This document shows, piece after piece, positions 1 through 8,804 of a stretch of 64,000 nucleotides of DNA. Source of the stretch: Methanomicrobia archaeon (GTDB lineage: Archaea; Halobacteriota; Bog-38; Methanoflorentales; Methanoflorentaceae). Within the stretch, counting starts at the first letter, position 1; every line of letters starts with the position of its first letter. The position numbers and the translations under genes were made by a program. The notes under the pieces were generated by a model. The model was not told where the DNA came from. It saw nothing but the letters and a program-made list of their open reading frames with translations, and searched no databases. Location: positions 9,630 to 73,629 of the forward strand of contig JACWML010000002.1 in the NCBI GenBank assembly GCA_015661395.1, read 5' to 3'.

Positions 1-131
1 ACAACTGAAGGTGTTGCCGTTGAGTCTTCAGCTGCACTGTGCAAAGTTGCTGCGTCGTCGGCCGTGAGTATCACTCGGCAAAAAATGCCTGCAAATGCCT
101 CGGCATACGTGTCGTCAATTTCAGCTACCAT
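1..131 (-). CDS. ftr: formylmethanofuran--tetrahydromethanopterin formyltransferase (Ftr/FhcD family), N-terminal fragment running off the window
   Basis: Reverse translation from the ATG at 131 gives [44 protein letters not shown]. This fits the conserved Ftr N-terminus pattern (EIxDTFAEAF..RVLIT..EATGFGTSVI). It is absent from the ORF track because it is truncated. Confidence 0.6.
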   Translation of the reverse strand, partial: [43 protein letters not shown]

Positions 132-273
132 TGCTTCTGAGCCCCCACGGATTCTCCTCTGATCTTTTTACTGAATTCGCCGCTCCCTTTCACTAGTGAT
201 TCCTTATTCTCAGCGGCAACTATTTGAACCTTGGGTAACTCTTAAGGTGCTCATTTTTTGTGTCTATTTGACA

Positions 274-634
274 GGCGGGGGCTAGGATGGAGTTTTCTGG
301 TTAGGAAAAGCGGAGCTTCCAAAGGCGCCTCAGTTTCCACGCTGCCTGCTTACGCGTGCAGTTTGACGCTTAAGCGCCAACGGGTGCAGTGCCCAGTTGC
401 ATCACTGCCGCCAGAGCTATCTGTGTGCTGCCCGCATGGCACGTCGACGAGCGTTATGGGTGCCTCGGCCGCGCGTGAATCTCCATTCCCATGACCACTG
501 CGACGAGCACGTATGCAACGTTGCTGAGCGGGGGGGGGGACAAAAGCGAAGGCTATCGCAAGTGCTGACGAGACGGGCAGGCTTGCGTTTCTATACGCGA
601 TGACCCTAAGCGTCCTCGCGGTGATGCCTTTTTT
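274..634 (+). ncRNA. candidate structured RNA, class unassigned
   Basis: The region is GC-rich with only implausible ORFs. 275-286 (GCGGGGGCUAGG) can pair with 605-619 as 8 bp, a 3-nt bulge and 4 bp. Internal stems include 557-562/582-587 and the palindromes cgcttaagcg and gcaacgttgc. It ends in a T6 run at 629-634. A T-rich TATA-like stretch lies at about 250-259. Confidence 0.3.
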
Positions 635-1109
635 CAGAAGGACGTACGTCGTTTCACGTACGACCAGTTAGCGTATAGAATGAGCCCCGTGATGAAAATG
701 ACGCAGTCAAACAACAGCACGCCGGCGGTGGTGTCGGGGTAGTCAGCCCATACCATCGTCGCAAATGGGACGAGCACGACGAACGACAGGAAAAAGATGT
801 TTATCAAGTACAGTACCCAGTCGGCATAGGCAATGTTCTGAAACTGCCTCCAATTGTTATTAAGCAAGAGGCCCAACAGGCGAATGCCAGGAAATAGCCG
901 ATGAATTTGGGCACGATGCCCACGAGCGATGCCAATAGTGCCTCATTCGAATGCTGCACGAGCGGGACGACAAACTGCAGCCCGAGGAGTGTTATGGCGA
1001 TGGCGAAGACGGCATCGACGAACGTCTCTAGGCGGCGCTTATCTCGTACCTCAAGCTCGATCTGCGTTTGTGTGAGTTTAGGTTTCACCTGTTTTTCGGG
1101 CATGCTCAT
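634..1109 (-). pseudogene. TMEM175/DUF1211-family K+ channel-like membrane protein, split by a frameshift
   Basis: ORF 804-1109 carries the family signature RLETFVDAVFAIAITLLGLQF. The continuation GLLLNNNWRQFQNI...VVLVPFATMVW is in another frame (ORF 634-876). The frames switch near 860-870 (ttc gcc tgt tgg gcc). Confidence 0.65.
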
Positions 1110-1487
1110 TTGTTAGTGTCGAACAGGCGTTGAGCGTTGTTATTCGTGTCGGTCACGTTACTACCATCGGTTCTTAAAAAACTGGGGGGTATACGCTCGT
1201 GCGGAATAAAGCTTGTGCTCTTTCAGTGCGCCTGCTCGTTGCAGCAACGGACTGGACTGGCTGTTGACGCTGATGCCGCCCGTATTCCACATATACGCCA
1301 TACGCGTCTCAGACAGTGGATGTCGATAATTGCTCAGTTCACTCTGCGCACACTTGTCCGAGAATGCTTGCCTGATACTACCAAAGCACCGAACTTCACG
1401 CAGTAACGCTCTACAAAGCGGGTTTTACCCTCCCCTCTTTTTTAAGCTAACCTATATCTATCATTTAGCGCACAGACACTGTGATCA

Positions 1488-2245
1488 GTGATGACCAGTG
1501 ACGATGAGTTCACGCACCGTTTAATTGGATTCGGGCTCAGCGAAAAAGAGGCGCAACTCTATCTAACCCTCACGAGCCTCATCGACAAGGGCATGGTGCG
1601 TCCGTCGCTCGGCTCCCCCACCGTCTACACAGCCGTCGACCTTGACACCGCCCTCGGGTCCGCGCTGCAAAAGCAGCAGAGCGAACTGCGTGAGATGGGA
1701 GAGAGGAAGCGCGAGCTTCAGGAGCTTTCGCAACAACAACGATTCCGGCCCTCCGATGAAGTGAGCACGTTCAAGATCATCAAGAGCATTAAGGAACTCA
1801 TCGCCGTCGCTATGCCTTTAATTGACTCGATGCAGGAAGAATGGCTGATTGCCGCTCCTGCTTACCTGACTATTGTCGCCTCCCTCTTTGGAGTCAACGA
1901 AGCGCGTATGAATTTATCAAGCGCGGGGGGAAGGTGCGGGCCATCATCGACATTTCGTACCAAGTTATTGAGCCGGTGCGAGAAATGATCGCCATCGGTG
2001 AAGAAGTGCGCCACATTGATCAGCACGGGATCACGTTCGTCGTATTTGACAGAAAAATCTCCATAAGCGCGATTAACGCGGAAGTCAAGCGTATATCCCT
2101 CAACGAACCCGTCTCCGGACTCTGGACCGATGACCCCGCATATGCTCAGTACCTCGCATCTACGTTTGAGATGGTGTGGCGACAGTCAGTCCCTGCAGAG
2201 CAGCGCATACAAGAACTACTAGAACGTGGCCCTCCGCAAGCATAA
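1488..2245 (+). pseudogene. TrmB-family transcriptional regulator, degraded (HTH core missing plus frameshift)
   Basis: The N-terminus reads LIGFGLSEKEAQLYLTLTS-LIDKGMVRP..TVYTAVD. It lacks roughly 20 aa of the recognition-helix segment expected between LTLTS and LIDKG. The TrmB C-terminal domain (YEFIKRGGKVRAIIDISY...FEMVWRQS) lies in a different frame (ORF 1841-2245). The shift is near 1900-1915. Confidence 0.6.
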
Positions 2246-3361
2246 AAGGAGAACGCGAGCAAGAGCGGCGATGAAAATGTTCTGTGTTGTCTACTGTTAA
2301 CGGGCTTTTCTCAAACGCTTGCGAGCAGCTGACGCAAAATCTGTCGCGAAGCTTCATAAATCCGGCCCTACTTTGAGCAAAGCGAAAGGGACAATTTCGC
2401 AACGTTAAGGACGCTGTAGCCCAGTTTCTAATATATAATCGAAGCTGCAATGAATGAAATCGTCTGGTTTATCTCACCTGAGATGGTGGTCTTCTCCCCG
2501 CATGCGGTTTACCAGAGAAATCTAAAATGCCACCGCAGCTGCTCCATTTTTTAAAAAAGAAACGGAGCTCGCCTTGGCGTTTTCGAGCAGTCTAGTTTAA
2601 ATAACCCTTTTTGGTGAATGCATGACTAGAGTAAACATGCCATAAGATCGGAAGATGAAGGTTTACTGTCGACGAACTCTTTGCTCCTCCGCGCTGGCCC
2701 ACGGAGATCCAAGGAATGAGTCTCGACAGAATACGTTGCGAAAGGGTACAAGTAGACAGAATAGGGGGAGACAGTCAGTAGTTGCCTTGCAACGACCCCG
2801 CGAGACGCGGTCAATACGATGATGCATAAAAGTGGAGAAAAAGGCTCGGGATTGACAAAAAAAGGATAGACATACGTCTAACCGCTCTTGAAACGGAACT
2901 GTCGAAGACCTGCGTGGCTTGTTTAATCAGGTTGTGGCAAAGGTACGACGCCGACAGGTCTTCGCTTGAGCTTGCGGCTAATTGAGAATCAAACTACGAG
3001 CCGTGGAGATAGGCCTGCGGGCCATTGAGGTCACGAACCACGAGCAATGAATAGCTGCGTTCGAGGAGCAATCGCGTGAGTCGGCACGAATCGAAAATTC
3101 GAAGGTCGGTATGCAAGGCTACTTCTGCACTATTGTTTCGATTCGCAGTGCTTACTGCTGTCTTGCGTTCCTGCATCGTTTTTCTTGCTTGTTTGCCCTA
3201 TCCGAAATACGCGCCAGAGATAGCTCACGATAGCGGCGATCACGGCCACTGCGGCAACGGCTAGCGCTACCCTGATTCTTGGTCTCATTAGTTCGTTTCT
3301 CCGAATTTGAAATATCTGTGCCACTCCTTCAGCTGGCACGCGATCAGTATACGCACTCTCG

Positions 3362-3601
3362 TTACGTATCCGAGAGTTCAGCGCCAACGATGGTGTGGGT
3401 GGTCATAACGCCCCCCACATCGCGGATCACGTCTACCGTCTTGCTGAGGAGGGGCAGCCCATCGACTTCGATGATCACCAAAAAATCGTACTCTCCGAAT
3501 ACGTGATGCAGTTCTCTAATCCCAGGGATCCCGCCGAGTTTGTTAAAAACGCTTCGCTCTTGGCCAGGAACAACATTTACTAATGTGACTCCAACCACCA
3601 T
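3362..3601 (-). CDS. stand-alone Lrp/AsnC-type ligand-binding (RAM) domain protein
   Basis: MVVGVTLVNVVPGQERSVFNKLGGIPGIRELHHVFGEYDFLVIIEVDG fits the AsnC_trans_reg/RAM fold pattern. The ATG at 3601 was verified. The ORF track extends to 3652. Confidence 0.6.
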   Translation of the reverse strand: MVVGVTLVNVVPGQERSVFNKLGGIPGIRELHHVFGEYDFLVIIEVDGLPLLSKTVDVIRDVGGVMTTHTIVGAELSDT

Positions 3602-3904
3602 GAGTTTCCCTTGATTTAAGGATGGGGCGCGAGTATTTAGAGCTAATCGCAAAAAAAGTCGGGTTTAGGTCGAGTATTGCGACGGGGGAGTGCGTTGCAT
3701 CCTCTGGCCTCAGAGCGGGAACTGCGCTTTGACTCGCGCCGGCTAAACTGATAACACTTTTTTTGCCGTACAATTTCCTGCGAGCCCGACTATGACTCGA
3801 TCGAGGAGCCAGTGGCGTTTAAAGCAAGTTGCCCCTCACCTTATTGCGCCCGAGCGCGCTGACACGTGCAAGGCTGGCATCCTTTTGCTGCGTCACCTCT
3901 AGGT

Positions 3905-4855
3905 TCAAGTTAATCTTGACAGATTGTAAATCGTCGCGAGCTTCGGCAGGTCGTTTACCACATACACAAAAGCCATCCACGCCCACTTGCCCCAGCGGTC
4001 GTTCACCGCTTGCGTCACCGCGTTGATTTCCTGTCTGGGACGTTTCGGCTCGCGCCCGAGCAAAAGCTCACTCATGATGACCACGCTCCACACGTCTAGC
4101 GGGACGGAGCCCTGACCAATGATCAGGCCGGCCGAGTACGTGCCAATGCCTGGGATTTCCAGCACTTTTTTTACAGCCTCTGTCTCAGGCTGACGGTGTA
4201 GCTCTTTTAGAGACATCGGATGTTCAATTAGATAGCGCGCCGCCTTGACGAGCCGCTCTGCTCGGTAGCCAAGCTTCGCTTCTCGTCTCAGCTCGATGGG
4301 GTCCCGCTTAGCGATATCGGAAAGTTTTGGCCACAGAATGACCTCGTGACCATCGAAGGCAATCCTGGTACCGTATCGCTCGAGTAGTCTTGCCATCATG
4401 TCTTGGCTTCGTTTGAGCGGTGCCATCTGGAGGGTTGTAGCAAGAATCACCCGACCGAACAAGTCATCCAGCCGCCCAATGCGCATTCCGTAGAGGTCTT
4501 GCACTGCGATTGAGAGCACCTTGTCGTTGCGGGCGAATCCATAAAAAGCGTTAAGGTCTTCGTCCTCTCCCAGCCCGAGTTTGATGGCCGTCTGTAGCGT
4601 AGCTTCTTCATTGTTTGTCAGTTGCGATTCGACGTAAACGCTCACGGTTACATTCTCATTGACTGCGGACAATTTCAATCCGACCGGCTTGCTATTTAGA
4701 TAGGTACCGCTCCACAGCGTCTCGTTTCTAAAAACTTCTCTCGGAGTTGACCAATGCCAGCCAGCCGGTTTGGCGACGGTGAGCGAGAGATCAAATGGCT
4801 CAGGCATGATGATTTCAAACTGGTCGGACGCGTGGTAACTACGGGGCTTGTTCAT
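3905..4855 (-). CDS. HhH-GPD superfamily DNA glycosylase (AlkA-like)
   Basis: A helix-hairpin-helix LEIPGIGTYSAGLIIGQG is followed by PLDVW containing the catalytic Asp. The 316-aa size fits AlkA-type enzymes. Confidence 0.6.
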   Translation of the reverse strand: MNKPRSYHASDQFEIIMPEPFDLSLTVAKPAGWHWSTPREVFRNETLWSGTYLNSKPVGLKLSAVNENVTVSVYVESQLTNNEEATLQTAIKLGLGEDEDLNAFYGFARNDKVLSIAVQDLYGMRIGRLDDLFGRVILATTLQMAPLKRSQDMMARLLERYGTRIAFDGHEVILWPKLSDIAKRDPIELRREAKLGYRAERLVKAARYLIEHPMSLKELHRQPETEAVKKVLEIPGIGTYSAGLIIGQGSVPLDVWSVVIMSELLLGREPKRPRQEINAVTQAVNDRWGKWAWMAFVYVVNDLPKLATIYNLSRLT

Positions 4856-5277
4856 GGTCCTTACTAGGCAGTTTATTACAGGCCTGCTAATTAAACATAA
4901 TATGTTTTTCTTGCTTCGGTGAGCTCCTTACTTAGATGCGTCCAAGACAGCGTGCGACTCGTCGCCATACGGCACGCACTTAACCCATAACACGGACGAG
5001 TTGTTATCGCATTTACCAGACACACAAATTGTCCAGTTGTCGCGACGCAGCAGTCGAACCAAGCATCGCGCTACTGTTTCCGAAGCTGAGCGCCATCTTT
5101 GAGCTAAAAGCGGGCAAATTGGACCAACGTGTACTTGCAAGTGCGGCAATCCATACTGCTTTGCTACAGTCAGCGCTGCGACTCCGCGAGCACTTCCGCG
5201 TTCTGCTTTTCGTGCGCAGTTCGTAGCTGATGCCGCGGCTGGGTCGGCAAAAACTGATATTTGAGCTGTCTCTCGAA

Positions 5278-5730
5278 TTATTGTACGGTGATGGTTCCTG
5301 TCATATAGGGGTGGATCCCGCAGTGATACGGGTACGTTCCAGGTTGACTGAATAGGTGCGTGTAGCTGTCGCCCGGATTCAGAACCGATGAACTAAACGC
5401 ACTCGAGTTCGAGACTATTTGATGCGCTACACTGGCGTCGTTTCGCCAAGTAACGCTCGTCCCACTTTGGATTGTCAATGTCGATGGCTGGAAAGAAAAG
5501 CCGGGAATGATGATTGTCTGGGCGCCAGGGCTCGCGCTGGGGCTCGCAGTCGAGGTTCTAGCGGTCGCACTCGCGCTCGATGTAGCCGAGGTCGTGCTTA
5601 CGTTCGTGGTTGCCGGACTCGGGCTTGGATTCGAAGTTGAAGTACACCCAGCAACCAGCAACGGTGCAACCACACACACGACTGTCATTAAAAGCAAGTA
5701 TCTTTTCACGTTTGATCCCGTCCCACTCAT
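5278..5730 (-). CDS. type-1 copper (cupredoxin, plastocyanin/amicyanin-like) lipoprotein
   Basis: It has a signal peptide with lipobox LLVAGC and a long S/T/P/A-rich linker. The cupredoxin domain carries ligands H..(YHCGIHPYM), i.e. the His-Cys-His-Met set. Confidence 0.8.
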   Translation of the reverse strand: MSGTGSNVKRYLLLMTVVCVVAPLLVAGCTSTSNPSPSPATTNVSTTSATSSASATARTSTASPSASPGAQTIIIPGFSFQPSTLTIQSGTSVTWRNDASVAHQIVSNSSAFSSSVLNPGDSYTHLFSQPGTYPYHCGIHPYMTGTITVQ

Positions 5731-6135
5731 TGGAAGTCAAGAAGCTAAAGAGTTGCCTTAAAATAACCTTTTGCCACTCTTTGCGTGAAATGCAGCAGTC
5801 GCTGAGCTGAACGAACGATAATACTGCAAGTGGGCCTGATCGCTTATAAGGATGCGAGGGCGGCCAGGGTTTCCCACCACGCTTTCCGAGAGATCGGGCT
5901 GCACGCCTGAATTCGTAGCCATTCGATCAAAACTCGCCGCTTAAAGGGCGGAGCATGAGAAGAGTGTGGTATGCGGGCATCGGACGCGGCAGCTTTCGCG
6001 CTGCCCTTGTGGCAACCCTCGTTCAAAGTTTGTCACCCTCTAAACTGGAATTAGCACGGACGTATTGATGAGCGACGATTCAGCGGGTAAACTTCATTAA
6101 ACGAACAATGCATAACGAAGCAGTTCAAACCGGCA

Positions 6136-6150
6136 CACAGACTGTCTGTG
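6136..6150 (+). promoter_or_regulatory. perfect 7-1-7 inverted repeat cacagac-t-gtctgtg just upstream of the cupredoxin-2 RBS
   Basis: Read directly from the sequence. It lies 13 nt upstream of the ATG at 6164 and abuts ggagaaagag. Confidence 0.3.
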
Positions 6151-6163
6151 GGAGAAAGAGAAA

Positions 6164-6523
6164 ATGAAAAAACGCCTCATTTTAGCGCTCGTTGCTCTGG
6201 CGGGTGTAACGGTCATGGTTGCGGGATGCACATCATCTTCAAATCCCAGTCCTGGCCCGGTTACCAGCACCGCAAGTCAAAATAGCGTTTCGATTCAGAA
6301 CTACGCCTTTAGTCCATCGACGCTTACGATTCAAAAAGGGGCGAATGTGACGTGGAAAAATGATGATTCGGTCCAACATACGGTTGTTTCGGATTCGTCG
6401 GCGTTTTCATCGCCACTCCTCAGTACAGGCGACACTTACACGTATCAGTTTAACAACTCAGGCTCGTTTTCATACCACTGTAGCATTCACCCATATATGA
6501 AAGGAACAATCGTAATTGCATGA
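6164..6523 (+). CDS. type-1 copper (cupredoxin) lipoprotein, paralogue of 5278-5730
   Basis: Lipobox MVAGC is followed by SSSNPSPGP. The domain aligns with the neighbour (PSTLTIQ.G..VTW.ND.SV.H..VS.SSAFSS..L..GD.Y...F...G...YHC.IHPYM.GTI). Confidence 0.8.
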   Translation: MKKRLILALVALAGVTVMVAGCTSSSNPSPGPVTSTASQNSVSIQNYAFSPSTLTIQKGANVTWKNDDSVQHTVVSDSSAFSSPLLSTGDTYTYQFNNSGSFSYHCSIHPYMKGTIVIA

Positions 6524-6538
6524 TGGGCCGCAAGATCG

Positions 6539-6760
6539 ATGATGACGCGCGAGACATCACTGTCTTCGAACGAAAAGCGATCGACAGACCGAGTCGATGA
6601 GTTCACAAAGAGAGTGGCTGACGCAGGAGGATATATTAGCATAGCTGAGTCAGTCATCCCTGAGCTAGATACCACGCCTTTTTACAGACACGGAAAGAAA
6701 CCCCTTTGCGATGATGCGGCAAGCTCTTTCGACGCTTTAGCGAGAGGACGCATCGGCTGA
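6539..6760 (+). CDS. hypothetical small protein (73 aa)
   Basis: An ATG-ATG start lies 16 nt after the cupredoxin stop. The composition looks coding. No recognisable motif. Confidence 0.3.
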   Translation: MMTRETSLSSNEKRSTDRVDEFTKRVADAGGYISIAESVIPELDTTPFYRHGKKPLCDDAASSFDALARGRIG

Positions 6761-6972
6761 CCGAGACGAGCTGCTCGGACGTCTTGCGTGCAGTGCGTGG
6801 GGGCCATGTAACGAAGAAGGCGACAGGGCCGAGGCCCTTCGCATAGATCGGGCCGCTTGATTCGATAGTTGAACTATCATCGGTTGGACGGCCAGGCACG
6901 ACTTATGTTTCGGGCGGCTACGCGATTTAGCGGAATAGACATAAATCAGAATAGCGGCAATGAGGGTTTTGC

Positions 6973-8166
6973 ATGAAGGCAAGAGATGCCGCACTTATCA
7001 TCGCCGCTATTTCGGCAATTGCCTTAATCATCGGGGTTTCCGCCTTGCAAAGCGCTTTGAACGCGCCGAATGAGCAGATACAGCGCCCGTATGGGGTTGA
7101 AGCTGCCTTTCCTTATCTCCATTTCAGTAACCCGGTAGGCATCTACAGTGCGGGAGACGGCAGCAATAGGCTTTTCGTGGTCGAACAGGGCGGTGTGATC
7201 AAGGTTTTTGATAATAGTCCGAACGCAACAACGGCCAGCGTATTTTTGAACCTTAGTGATAAAGTGCTTTCAGGCGGCGAGCTAGGGTTATTGGGCTTGG
7301 CGTTTGACCCGCATTTTAGCGAGAACGGTTATTTTTACGTATATTACACGGCTGACAACCCACTGCGCTCCGTCATCTCGCGCTTTTCCGTTTCGCCATT
7401 TAACGGAAGCCGTGCGGAAGCAAACAGCGAAAAAATCGTCCTGCAGGTTCCGCAGCCCTACCCGAACCACAAGGGTGGACAGATAGCCTTCGGGCGGGAC
7501 GGCTACCTATATATCGGGCTCGGCGATGGGGGCGGAGAGGGCGATCCTCTGGGCAACGGGCAAAACCTCTCGACATTGCTCGGCAAGATCTTGCGCATCG
7601 ATGTTAATTCTGGATCGCCGGGCTTAAACTACAGCATTCCCCGTGACAATCCCTTTGTTGGCAACACGAAAGGGTACCGCGCCGAGATTTACGCGTACGG
7701 CTTGCGCAATCCGTGGAGGTTCAGTTTCGACCCTGTAACTGGTCGCCTGTGGGCTGGAGATGTGGGTCAAGACAGGATAGAAGAGATCGACGTCATTCAG
7801 AACGGAAGAAACTATGGCTGGAACATTATGGAAGGGAGCCTCTGTTATTCTCCTCAGTCAGGGTGCAATCAGACTGGCCTCGAACTGCCAATCTGGGAGT
7901 ACAACCATAGCGTGGGAAATGCTGTTATCGGAGGTTTCGTGTACAGAGGAGCAGCGTACCCCGATCTCGAGGGCGCCTACATCTACGGAGATTATGGGTC
8001 AGGTCGGATCTGGGCTCTGTGGTACAACGGCACTAGCGCCCCTGCAAACACTGAGCTCGCATTCACCGGTCTTAACATTTCTTCCTTTGGCATAGATTCG
8101 CACAACGCACTCTTCATCTGTGCTCTTGACGGCAACATCTACAAGCTGCGCGCATCCGACGCGTGA
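6973..8166 (+). CDS. PQQ-dependent (soluble-type) aldose/sorbosone sugar dehydrogenase, N-terminally membrane anchored
   Basis: Family motifs are GLLGLAFDP, HKGGQIAFGRDGYLYIGLGDGG, YAYGLRNPWRFSFD and WAGDVGQD..EEID. The N-terminal TM helix is AALIIAAISAIALIIGV. Confidence 0.75.
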   Translation: MKARDAALIIAAISAIALIIGVSALQSALNAPNEQIQRPYGVEAAFPYLHFSNPVGIYSAGDGSNRLFVVEQGGVIKVFDNSPNATTASVFLNLSDKVLSGGELGLLGLAFDPHFSENGYFYVYYTADNPLRSVISRFSVSPFNGSRAEANSEKIVLQVPQPYPNHKGGQIAFGRDGYLYIGLGDGGGEGDPLGNGQNLSTLLGKILRIDVNSGSPGLNYSIPRDNPFVGNTKGYRAEIYAYGLRNPWRFSFDPVTGRLWAGDVGQDRIEEIDVIQNGRNYGWNIMEGSLCYSPQSGCNQTGLELPIWEYNHSVGNAVIGGFVYRGAAYPDLEGAYIYGDYGSGRIWALWYNGTSAPANTELAFTGLNISSFGIDSHNALFICALDGNIYKLRASDA

Positions 8167-8804
8167 CGAGTTCGCGTAAAGAACCTGTGCTGTTTTCGAG
8201 GTAAGTCAAAGCGACATCATAAGTAGTAGAGCGCTATATGTGACGGGAAAAGCGCACGAATAGAGGGGGAAAAAGCCGATATGACACGGGATGTAATAAC
8301 AGCTAATTGGAGCGATAATTGCGCCCGTTCAGTGACCTATGGAGTTATTGGCAGGTGACATCCCACTTCTTAACAACATCCCGCTGAGCGCCTGAGCGCT
8401 ACAGCGCTGATCGAGGCAAGGGGCTGGTCGTAATTTATGGATTCTTCTGATCAGGAAAAAAAGGGAAATGAAACTGCTAAGAGAAGGTGAAACGATGCGC
8501 TGAGTACCTCCGAAGCTAATCTAAATTCACAGTGATCGCCTAGAAATCGTCTGACGACATGTGAGCACTTAGAAAAAGCTTTGTGAGTTCACAGCAATTA
8601 TTGTTGTACGTCAAAAAAGTGGTACATCGTGTCAAAAAGGCGAAATTCCCTGTCGAATGACCAAGCTTCAGATTCGTTGCTAAGCAGTTTTATCCACGGA
8701 CTGCACGACTACTTCAATCCGCTCCTTCACGTGATCGAAGAACTTCAGAGCGACGCAAAGAAGAACCGCAAAAAGTGAGCTGTGTCAGCGGAGTTCCACG
8801 AATG

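Noticed and set aside
274-634. Assigning the candidate RNA to SRP RNA or RNase P RNA
   Set aside because: The 5' GGCGGGGGCUAGG resembles archaeal SRP starts. AGGAAAAGCGG and ACAAAAGCGAAGGCUAUCG resemble RNase P CR-I and CR-V. However, I could find neither the SRP helix-8 GGAA/AGCA motifs nor a P4 pairing (the two A-rich segments are direct, not complementary). The class is left open.
1137-1406. 89-aa plus-strand ORF
   Set aside because: Its composition is implausible (Cys/Arg/Leu-rich). The opposite strand has a more protein-like but start-less frame, which is reported as a finding instead.
3130-3288. Possible 52-aa single-TM protein (MRPRIRVALAVAAVAVIAAIVSYLW...) downstream of the Lrp-like gene
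   Set aside because: It has only one hydrophobic helix, no SD, and I cannot assess its conservation.
4928-5149. 73-aa Cys-rich minus-strand ORF between the glycosylase and cupredoxin-1
   Set aside because: It has no recognisable zinc-binding spacing or family motif, and it overlaps an equally weak plus-strand ORF.
6118-6135. tRNA T-arm-like gttcaaacc; general search for tRNA/rRNA
   Set aside because: No acceptor or anticodon arms can be built around it. No GGTTCGAATC-type T-arm with a matching acceptor stem was seen in any intergenic region by eye. A tRNAscan-SE run is still advisable.
6538-6618. Possible C/D-box sRNA (ATGATGA ... CTGA) just after cupredoxin-2
   Set aside because: At about 81 nt it is too long. 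There is no proper D' or C' box and no terminal stem. The region is more probably the start of the small ORF 6539-6760.
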